Of a stretch of 64,000 bases of DNA, positions 56,683 to 64,000 are shown one piece after another (positions within the stretch are counted from its first letter, which is position 1; each line of letters opens with the position of its first letter). The notes beneath the pieces were generated by a model. The model ran no database searches, was not told the origin of the DNA, and saw only the letters and a list, made by a program, of their open reading frames with translations. The position numbers and the translations under genes are program-made. The DNA is from an uncultured Bacillota bacterium (GTDB lineage Bacteria; Bacillota_I; Bacilli_A; RFN20; CAG-826), in NCBI GenBank assembly GCA_949287245.1, contig CASEFL010000002.1:80975-144974 (forward strand), in the 5' to 3' direction.

Positions 56683-57195
56683 ATGAATCCGATAATCCTT
56701 CTTTCTCAGTATTCTCTTACCTTAAATAAAGAACTTTTTTCTTTAGGGGAAGAAGTGGATGTTCTTCTTTCCTTTGCGTCAAAGAAAGAACGCTTCTTAA
56801 AAGAAGAATCATCTAAGAAGTTCTCTTTTCTTAATGAGGTTAAAAGTATAGAGGAAGGAATTTCTCTTATTGAAGAAACCAGTCATGTTTCTTTTTCAAA
56901 GAAAGAAAAAGAGTTCTTTGTCTCTTTTCTTGCAAGCGACATTTCCAGAAGTATCCGTTATGCGGCGGGCATCTATATAAGCTTTCTTTTAGCAAAGAAA
57001 AACTCTTCTCTTTTTTCTCTTTTAGAAATTTTATTAGGCAATATGATATTTTCTCCTTCTTTATCCACCTTTCTTTTTAAAAATATTGATTTAGCAAAAG
57101 TACCAACCCCACTAGTTTATTACGATAAAAACAGCATTATCCCCATTAACGTTGAAGTGTATGGAATCCTTAGCTTAATGAAAGAAATTTTATAG
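56683..57195 (+). CDS. Hypothetical protein
   Basis: 170-codon ORF with host-like composition; ATG 56683 lies 6 nt after CATAAT. Confidence 0.55.
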   Translation: MNPIILLSQYSLTLNKELFSLGEEVDVLLSFASKKERFLKEESSKKFSFLNEVKSIEEGISLIEETSHVSFSKKEKEFFVSFLASDISRSIRYAAGIYISFLLAKKNSSLFSLLEILLGNMIFSPSLSTFLFKNIDLAKVPTPLVYYDKNSIIPINVEVYGILSLMKEIL

Positions 57196-57426
57196 ATTTT
57201 TAAAGATTATTTTCTCCTTTTTCATAATGTTTCTCTTTGTTCTTTCATTCACGAAACGTAACAAGTTGTTCGCAAAGATATGATTTTTCAATGTTTCTGA
57301 TAAGTTGGAGCTTTTGGAATCTTTATTTCCATGAAAGCACTAGGAATGAATGATGCATCATTAATCAATTGATGTTGTTTAAAAATAGATTGTAATTTAT
57401 TGCTGATATTTCTTTTCTTCACGTAA

Positions 57427-57463
57427 TGAAAACGCTTTCAAATATATGGTTCTTTGCTATACT
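57427..57463 (+). promoter_or_regulatory. Candidate cas promoter (extended -10) with overlapping cre/LacI-type operator
   Basis: TGAAAACGCTTTCA (57427-57440) fits the cre consensus; TGcTATACT (57455-57463) predicts a TSS at about 57470. Confidence 0.6.
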
Positions 57464-57495
57464 TTACTCGTCGAAATAAAGAGGTTCTGCCTACG

Positions 57496-57594
57496 AAAAA
57501 CGCCCTTGATCAGAGGGCGAATTCGTTCTCAACTTTTGAGATAATGATTGGGTAGAAACTTTATTTGGACTACACAATGCTAAAAAGGATTAGC
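57496..57594 (-). ncRNA. tracrRNA (type II-A)
   Basis: Minus strand reads ...TTTTTAGCATTGTGTAGTCCAAATAAAG..., an anti-repeat plus AAATAA pattern like TAGCAAGTTAAAATAAGG; hairpin TCTCAA-AAG-TTGAGA; terminator CGCCCT...AGGGCG-TTTTT; promoter TTGCAA (57628-23), N16, TAGAAT (57606-01); adjacent to cas9. Confidence 0.72.
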
Positions 57595-57628
57595 ATTACT
57601 ATTCTAAACATTTGGAGGATATTTGCAA

Positions 57629-60600
57629 ATGTCTGAAAAACTTTTATTGGGATTAGATTTAGGTGTTTCTTCCTTAGGATGGTGCTTATGTGATGAAGAG
57701 AATCATATTGTCAAAAAGAATGGAAAGTTATTGTGGGGAGTCCGTCTTTTTGATTCGGTTAGTGATGATAATAATGCCAAATCAAGACGTTTAGCACGTT
57801 CTCAAAGAAGAAGGTTGGCGAGACGAAAATATAGAATTCGTCTATTACAGCAAATTTTTGATAAAGAAATGAAGTCTGTAGATCCATACTTTTTTCTAAG
57901 ATTGAATAGTAGTTTTTATAAGAAGAAAGATCTTTCAAAGTTTTTAGATGGGCCGATATATGATGATGGCTATTTAGGAGATGATCGTTTATTTGGAGGA
58001 CTCATTTCGCGTAAGGAGCTAAAGAAAATTATTCCTAACGAGCATCCATTTACCTCAATTTATGATATTCGTAATTGGCTTGTGCATACAAAAGAGAAAG
58101 CTGATATACGTTTGATCTATTTAGCTATTCATCACATTTTAAAACATCGCGGAAACTTCATTTACGGAGAAAGTTTTAATCCTTTGGGGACGGTTGAGAT
58201 TATAGATGATAGTTTTAAAAGTATGATTGAATCTTTGAATGAACTTTATGGAATGTATTCTGAGTGTGAGTTTTTTCAAAAAGGAAGTGAAACTAAATAT
58301 TTAGATGATTTAGAAAATCTAAAATTAGTAGAAGGAAAACAGTTTGTTAGCGATTTTTTAAGAAGAGGTAGGACAAAACAAGCGGATGGTTCTTTTGCTA
58401 CTGAACAAAATTGGAAACAAAAAAGTTTGCATATTGAATATTCTAAGTATCTTAAAGATTTCCTCCCTTCTCTTTTATTTAACGGAGACGTTAAATTGAA
58501 GAAAATGCTTGCCTTTATCGATGATTTAGATAAAGAAATAGGTGACATTGATTTGGATCTTGATGCAGATAATTTCGAAGAAAATTTACAATTATTAGTG
58601 GAACTGTTAGGAGACAACTCTCCCATTATTAATATTGTTCTTTCAGCTAAAAAGATTTTCGATATTTCTTTATTGCAAGACATAATGAATAACCATAAAT
58701 ACATTAGTGAAGCAATGGTAGAACAATACGAAATACACCACAAGCAAAAAGAACAATTGAAATTGTGGATTAAAAATCACTATTCTGACAACCTAGCTAA
58801 AATGCACGAAGTGATGAATAAAGTGTTTGGGTTTAATTGGAAAGATTGGATTGATAGCAAAGGCCAAGCAACAATTGCTAATTATTCTGCTTATATTGGC
58901 CATTGTCATGGGAGAAAAGTTCCTGTACCAGTTGTTGAAAAAGGAAGTAGAAAATTACACGGTTATGATGCTTTTCGTGTTTTCCTAAAGGAAGACATTC
59001 TTAAGCCGTTCGAAAAAGAAAACGATACAAAAGAAATAATAGAACTGCTTAATTCTGATAAATATCTTGTAAAGCAACGGTCTAAGAAAAACGGGAGCAT
59101 TCCTTATCAAATACATGAAGTTGAATTGAAAGAGATTTTGAATAATCAAAGCAAGTATTATCCCTCCTTGTTAACGGAAGAGAATATTTCAAAAATCTTG
59201 ATGCTATTAAAATTTAGAATTCCTTATTATGTTGGCCCTTTGATGGGGCAGCCAAAAAATGGTGAGTTTAATTCTCGCTCTCAGCATTCATGGGTAAAAT
59301 TTTATCGCGACAACCATGACCCAATTACCCCATGGAATTTCAACGATGAAGTTGATAGTTTAACTACTCAACAATTTTTTATTGAACGCATGACAAATGG
59401 ATGTACTTATCTACCATCATGTAACGCTCTTCCTAGATATTCGCTCCTATATACTGAATACGTTTGTGTTTCATGGTTAAACAAAATCAAGGTAAACGGG
59501 AAGCCTCTGAAATGGGAAGATTCTGAAAATGACGTCAGCGTTTCTTCTATTCTAGAAGGTTATTTTAAAAAGACAGTAAACCCTACTTTGAATGGGTTAC
59601 AAAAATTTATATCTGGTAAAAAAGATGTAAGTATTAAATATATAGCAAGCGATATAGATGTAGATAAAAATGATGTACCGCCATTAAGCATGCGCCCATG
59701 GGTTGACTTTAAAGAATATCTTGCAAGTAACGATAAAAAAACTAGAGAAATTATTGAAAAGGTGATTTATCTAAAAACAATTTTTAGTGATGAAAAAGAA
59801 GGATTCATCCAGGCAATGAAACAAGAAAAGTTCGACGACTATTTTAGTAAGGCCGAACTAAAAAGAATTGCTAATCTGAATTATAAAAAATTTGGGAAAT
59901 TATCACGCGAGTTGTTAGAAATGATTGTTACTTTTGATGGCAAGGAATATCGAGTTATTGACTTGATAAAAGAGAAAAGTTTGCAACTCACATCCTTACT
60001 TTTAAAAGAAGATAAATATGGTTTATGGAAACATATTCATGAATTTAATCGTCAGGTGCAGTTAGATGAAAAAATCACCCCAGATAAATACATTAAAGAG
60101 TTAGTAATTTCTCCAAAAGCAAAACGTCCATTGTTTCAAACATATCGTCTCATTTCAGAACTAGAAAAATTAATGGGAAGGCCTATAGATGAGTACTATG
60201 TAGAATGCACAAGAGAATTATCTGGAGTTTCTGATGGTCAAGGGCAAAATAGCGTTAATAGATTGAATAAACTAAAACTACAATTAAAGAATGCTTTAGA
60301 ACACAAGAAAAATTTACATGTAGATGGATATTTTCATGAATTGTTAAACAACGAAAGCAAGAGGCTCGATTGTAAAGATTTTGCTAGCCATCATGATTTG
60401 AGCAAAGATAGATTGTATTTGTATGAGAAGCAATTAGGAATTTGTCCTTATTGTGGGAAACCTCTTTGCGAAGATGGGTATTTAGAAATTGATCACATTA
60501 TTCCTAGGTCTTTGCGTACTTTAGAAGGTGTGGAAACCAACAAAGTTCTTGTCCACAAAGATTGTAACCAAACGAAAGGTCCTATTTATCCGATTCCTAG

Positions 60601-62305
60601 TTCAGTTTTACTGCCAGAAGGCAGAAAAATGACTGAGTATTTATATCGCGTCGGTTTAATGAGTAAAAGAAAACGGGATGCCATTCTTCGTGTAGAGCCT
60701 ATTAATGAAAGAGATTTTGAATCTTTTACTGATGAACAATTAACCGCAACTAGCATTGCTGCAAAAGCTACTATCGATTTTATAAAGGAGTTTATGCACA
60801 ATTCTACAGGGGGTATGCCTAGAGTCATTTATTCTAAAGCTTCTTTGGTTTCTGCATTTAGAAATGCAGCACATCTTTGGAAAATACGTGACGAAAATAA
60901 TTTGCACCACGCTCATGATGCATTTTTGAACATTGTTGTCGGTAGGGTTGTTGATAATTACTATGGATATTTATCCGAAGAAAGGCATCAAGCAACTTGG
61001 CTAAGATTTCAACATGACCTAGAAGAAGTGAAGAGAGAATATGAACAGAGCCAAGATAAAGGTAAATATCTTCGCAATCTTACCACTGTTTATTTGCGAA
61101 TTTTTGGTGCTCTAATAGTGCCTGATAAAATTGAAAATAGAGATCCTATAGAGAAAGAGCCATATCTTTTAAAGGATTTTTCTGGAAATGTCATTTGGGA
61201 TAGAAACAATTTCGAATCTATTAAAATGATAAATAAGTATATAAATGGTCTGTCCACTACGATACTAATATCATATCGCACAAAAACAAATCATCGCATT
61301 CTGCCAAAAGCTACAATTTTTCCCGCTGCAGCCAAACAGTTTGCACTTATCCCTATTAAAGGAAGAAATAGTCAAAAAAGAAGTTATTTGCCTGTAGAAG
61401 AATATGGTGGATATCGTGAAGAAGCGTTCGGTTTTATGTCCTTGATTAAAATTCCAAAAGGTACAAAAATTTTATACAAACTTATTCCTATTAGTAATTT
61501 AAACATAAAAAAAGAACTTTTTGATGATGAGCAAAGTTTAAAACAAGAAATTAAGAATCTCTATTTAAAGGATAATCCATTTGCTGAAGTTATCGTGCCA
61601 AAGATTAAGTGGAACTCAATTTTAAAATATGGCGAATCTTTCCTTATCATCAGTGGAAAGGCTGACGATAGATTGCTTGCACAGTCTATCTTTGAATTTA
61701 TACTTCCTCCAAAAGAAAAAAATATTCTAAGGATGCTCTTAAAAGTAATGAATGTGGTATTTGCATTTGCAAATCAACCAATTACAAAAATTGATCCTAA
61801 TGTTTTTGAGATGGCTTGTAGAGTTAATTATCCAGAAGTTTCAGACACAATAATTTCTTTTTCTAAGAAAGGTGATGATTTTGTTGGTTTAAAGTCCTCA
61901 GATTTGGTTACTTTGTTACAGTGGTATAGTGAAAAACTTTCTACTAGAAGCATTCAAGATTTGCCTAATACGATTAATCATAAAAAGATGTCGCTATTGT
62001 TACATTCACAAGTTCTTTATGATGCATTTAAACAAGCAAAAATTAGTGAACAGTGTATTTTTATGTACTATGTAACTCAAGTTTGCAAGGCTCGATATCA
62101 AACAAAAACTGTAATACCAAATATAGGGGAATTGAATATTAGTGAAATATGTAAGACTATCCCAGAAATGAATCACAAAAATGAGTGCAAAGGTTTTACT
62201 TTAGATCAACCAAGAATACCTTCAAATCTCAGCCATAGATTTGAAATCTATGAGACTTCTGTCACGGGATTTAATTGGAAATTAATCGCTAAGGACGATA
62301 AATAA
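57629..62305 (+). CDS. cas9: Type II-A CRISPR nuclease Cas9 (~1558 aa)
   Basis: RuvC-I LGLDLGVSSLGW; Arg-rich bridge helix; HHILKHRGNF; FRIPYYVGP; RuvC-II VECTRE; HNH DHIIP...NKVLV...N; RuvC-III HHAHDAFL; SD ggagg. Confidence 0.97.
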   Translation: MSEKLLLGLDLGVSSLGWCLCDEENHIVKKNGKLLWGVRLFDSVSDDNNAKSRRLARSQRRRLARRKYRIRLLQQIFDKEMKSVDPYFFLRLNSSFYKKKDLSKFLDGPIYDDGYLGDDRLFGGLISRKELKKIIPNEHPFTSIYDIRNWLVHTKEKADIRLIYLAIHHILKHRGNFIYGESFNPLGTVEIIDDSFKSMIESLNELYGMYSECEFFQKGSETKYLDDLENLKLVEGKQFVSDFLRRGRTKQADGSFATEQNWKQKSLHIEYSKYLKDFLPSLLFNGDVKLKKMLAFIDDLDKEIGDIDLDLDADNFEENLQLLVELLGDNSPIINIVLSAKKIFDISLLQDIMNNHKYISEAMVEQYEIHHKQKEQLKLWIKNHYSDNLAKMHEVMNKVFGFNWKDWIDSKGQATIANYSAYIGHCHGRKVPVPVVEKGSRKLHGYDAFRVFLKEDILKPFEKENDTKEIIELLNSDKYLVKQRSKKNGSIPYQIHEVELKEILNNQSKYYPSLLTEENISKILMLLKFRIPYYVGPLMGQPKNGEFNSRSQHSWVKFYRDNHDPITPWNFNDEVDSLTTQQFFIERMTNGCTYLPSCNALPRYSLLYTEYVCVSWLNKIKVNGKPLKWEDSENDVSVSSILEGYFKKTVNPTLNGLQKFISGKKDVSIKYIASDIDVDKNDVPPLSMRPWVDFKEYLASNDKKTREIIEKVIYLKTIFSDEKEGFIQAMKQEKFDDYFSKAELKRIANLNYKKFGKLSRELLEMIVTFDGKEYRVIDLIKEKSLQLTSLLLKEDKYGLWKHIHEFNRQVQLDEKITPDKYIKELVISPKAKRPLFQTYRLISELEKLMGRPIDEYYVECTRELSGVSDGQGQNSVNRLNKLKLQLKNALEHKKNLHVDGYFHELLNNESKRLDCKDFASHHDLSKDRLYLYEKQLGICPYCGKPLCEDGYLEIDHIIPRSLRTLEGVETNKVLVHKDCNQTKGPIYPIPSSVLLPEGRKMTEYLYRVGLMSKRKRDAILRVEPINERDFESFTDEQLTATSIAAKATIDFIKEFMHNSTGGMPRVIYSKASLVSAFRNAAHLWKIRDENNLHHAHDAFLNIVVGRVVDNYYGYLSEERHQATWLRFQHDLEEVKREYEQSQDKGKYLRNLTTVYLRIFGALIVPDKIENRDPIEKEPYLLKDFSGNVIWDRNNFESIKMINKYINGLSTTILISYRTKTNHRILPKATIFPAAAKQFALIPIKGRNSQKRSYLPVEEYGGYREEAFGFMSLIKIPKGTKILYKLIPISNLNIKKELFDDEQSLKQEIKNLYLKDNPFAEVIVPKIKWNSILKYGESFLIISGKADDRLLAQSIFEFILPPKEKNILRMLLKVMNVVFAFANQPITKIDPNVFEMACRVNYPEVSDTIISFSKKGDDFVGLKSSDLVTLLQWYSEKLSTRSIQDLPNTINHKKMSLLLHSQVLYDAFKQAKISEQCIFMYYVTQVCKARYQTKTVIPNIGELNISEICKTIPEMNHKNECKGFTLDQPRIPSNLSHRFEIYETSVTGFNWKLIAKDDK

Positions 62306-62307
62306 CT

Positions 62308-63180
62308 ATGCCTTTCCGAACAATCGTTATTAAGAATCGCTGTAAACTAGAGTATTCTCAAAATTATCTTGTTTGTAGAGCGGATAACGAAACTCGGATA
62401 AATGTCAATGAGATATCAACGCTAATTATTCAAAACACAGGCGTTTCAATGACTGCTTCTCTTTTATCGCGTCTTATGGAAGCGAAAGTATCGGTTATTT
62501 TTTGTGATCCAAAGGCGAATCCTCAAGGACAACTACAACCCTTTCAAGGAGTAACTGATTCTTATGTAAAAATTAAGACACAGATGAATTGGTCGTTATC
62601 TACAAAGGGACTTTTATGGCAAAAAATTATTAAAGAAAAGATTAATCGACAGGCAAACAACTTAATTCATTATGAAAAAGACGGGGGAGATGCTCTTAGG
62701 AAACTAAGCGAGATGGTAACTCCTAACGATAAAGAGAATCAGGAGGGTCATGCGGCAAGAGTGTACTTCTCTTCTTGTTTTGGTTCTAACTTTCAAAGAA
62801 GCGCAAGAGATGTTCCTACTAACATTTTTCTCAATTATGGGTATAGCGTTGTACTTTCTTGTGTATCTAGAGAAATAAAGGCGTTTGGTTATCTAACAGA
62901 ATTAGGGATTCATCATATTGGTGTAACCAATCCTTTTAATCTATCTTGTGATTTTGTAGAACCTTTAAGACCTTTTGTAGATGCTTATGTCCTTGCAAAC
63001 AAAGTAAATGTTGAGAATTTTAAAGATGTTTATGTTCATCTTTTGGCAGAGAAAGTTCATTTTAATGGGGATGAAATGTTTTTTGATAACGCCATTCATT
63101 CCTATGTGCAAAGTTGTTTAATTGCTCTAAAGAATAACAAAGTGGAGGAGGTAAAGTTCATACAATATGAACTCCCTTAG
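62308..63180 (+). CDS. cas1: Type II Cas1
   Basis: EGHAARVYF, LNYGYSVV, LGIHH, NLSCDFVEPLRP. Confidence 0.97.
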   Translation: MPFRTIVIKNRCKLEYSQNYLVCRADNETRINVNEISTLIIQNTGVSMTASLLSRLMEAKVSVIFCDPKANPQGQLQPFQGVTDSYVKIKTQMNWSLSTKGLLWQKIIKEKINRQANNLIHYEKDGGDALRKLSEMVTPNDKENQEGHAARVYFSSCFGSNFQRSARDVPTNIFLNYGYSVVLSCVSREIKAFGYLTELGIHHIGVTNPFNLSCDFVEPLRPFVDAYVLANKVNVENFKDVYVHLLAEKVHFNGDEMFFDNAIHSYVQSCLIALKNNKVEEVKFIQYELP

Positions 63181-63490
63181 ATGTATGAGGCTTATCCTCT
63201 TTTTTGATTTACCTGTAACAAGCGATTCCGAAAGAAGAGCCTACACGAAATTTGTAAAAGGGTTAAAGAAACAAGGATTTTATCGTCTTCAGTATTCGGT
63301 ATACATTAAATTAAATATGGATGATCGCGCCGCGCAAAGTTCGATAAAACAAGTGCGTGAAATATTGCCAAATGATGGTTTGGTTTCAATTTTAAAAGTA
63401 ACCGAAAAGCAATTTGCTTCTATTGAATATCTTCTAGGTACACCAGAAACAGATGTATTAACTACTGATGAAAGGATTGTCACATTATGA
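63167..63490 (+). CDS. cas2: Cas2
   Basis: MRLILFFDLP, GFYRLQYSVY, VTEKQF. Confidence 0.97.
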   Translation: MNSLRCMRLILFFDLPVTSDSERRAYTKFVKGLKKQGFYRLQYSVYIKLNMDDRAAQSSIKQVREILPNDGLVSILKVTEKQFASIEYLLGTPETDVLTTDERIVTL

Positions 63491-64000
63491 TTCGATTTCG
63501 TTCTACTTTTTTCCAATTTCCTATCGATGTTGATCCGGGCGATATTGTGTCTCTTACCATCGAAAATCAAAAACTTTATAAGGGTTTTGCCGATGCTTTA
63601 GTCGCTCAAGAAGAAAATAGTTTCTCTATTTTTGAAGATACGAAAGAGAAACCTCTTAAAAAACATCTCATAACAGTAAGAGATTTATTAGATTTAAACC
63701 CTAATTCGAAGAAAATTCTTACGGCAATCTATAAAAAGATTGATCGAACTGCATTGACTGTGGAGCGAAGAGAGAAGTTTGACAAAATTAATCAAGCTAT
63801 TGCGGAGTTATTAGAAGAAATAGCGTTAGATTTTGAAGGCACAATAACTTTCAATGATCAAATTGATCTTACCCAATTACTTGGCCAATATGACTTTAAA
63901 TTTGATTACGATGAGAGTTCTTTTCTCAATAGTTTAATCTCTTATCTTCGCGCTTGGAGAGAAGCGATGGATTTAAAGTTAGTCTTTACTTATGATCTTT
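63487..64000 (+). CDS. csn2: Csn2 (partial, runs off the window)
   Basis: Uninterrupted frame MIRFRSTFFQFPID...LTIENQKLY...DLLDLNPNSKKILTAIYKKI; coupled to cas2, in the type II-A gene position. Confidence 0.8.
   Translation, partial: MIRFRSTFFQFPIDVDPGDIVSLTIENQKLYKGFADALVAQEENSFSIFEDTKEKPLKKHLITVRDLLDLNPNSKKILTAIYKKIDRTALTVERREKFDKINQAIAELLEEIALDFEGTITFNDQIDLTQLLGQYDFKFDYDESSFLNSLISYLRAWREAMDLKLVFTYDL

Noticed and set aside
57470..57570. 6S RNA, SRP RNA or riboswitch identity for the structured element
   Set aside because: Too short for 6S, lacks the SRP domain IV motif, and no known aptamer consensus was recognised; tracrRNA features on the opposite strand explain the inner hairpins.
57195..64000. 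CRISPR repeat-spacer array
   Set aside because: No tandem ~36-nt repeats are visible; csn2 runs off the edge, so the array probably lies downstream of the window.

Overview
Low-GC, standard-code (TGA is used as stop) chromosomal window. It most resembles a reduced-genome gut Bacilli lineage (RFN20/RF39-like); this is an inference from the N-domain-less ClpB, the many uncharacterised lipoproteins and the pcrA-ligA-gatCAB synteny. From left to right: (1) a surface-protein cluster (1-9.8 kb) with a large beta-repeat protein, two duplicated-domain lipoproteins, a BspA-type LRR lipoprotein and a paralogous PPC-like pair; (2) rpmE, metG and rlmD, with a decayed ~2.1 kb serine-recombinase island (rhuM cargo) inserted in the rlmD 3' end; (3) housekeeping and transport genes (DedA, MATE, clpB, esterase, XRE regulator, an unannotated 43-aa ORF, pcrA, ligA, gatCAB, DUF1836, galE, lipase); (4) an ~18 kb surface-polysaccharide locus (ATP-grasp, two Wzy/WaaL-like proteins, fnlABC-type genes, glycosyltransferases, flippase, degenerate LicD, ugd, GlcA epimerase, glf); (5) gpmA, a patatin and a desulfoferrodoxin; (6) a type II-A CRISPR-Cas locus (tracrRNA, large cas9, cas1, cas2, partial csn2) whose array lies outside the window. 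The most unusual element is the ~200 bp upstream of cas9. A minus-strand tracrRNA appears to lie entirely antisense within a highly structured cas9 leader, it can also fold like a natural single-guide RNA, and a cre/LacI-type operator sits on the candidate cas promoter. About ten genes also show a leaderless-mRNA signature. All calls are from reading the sequence; no searches were run.
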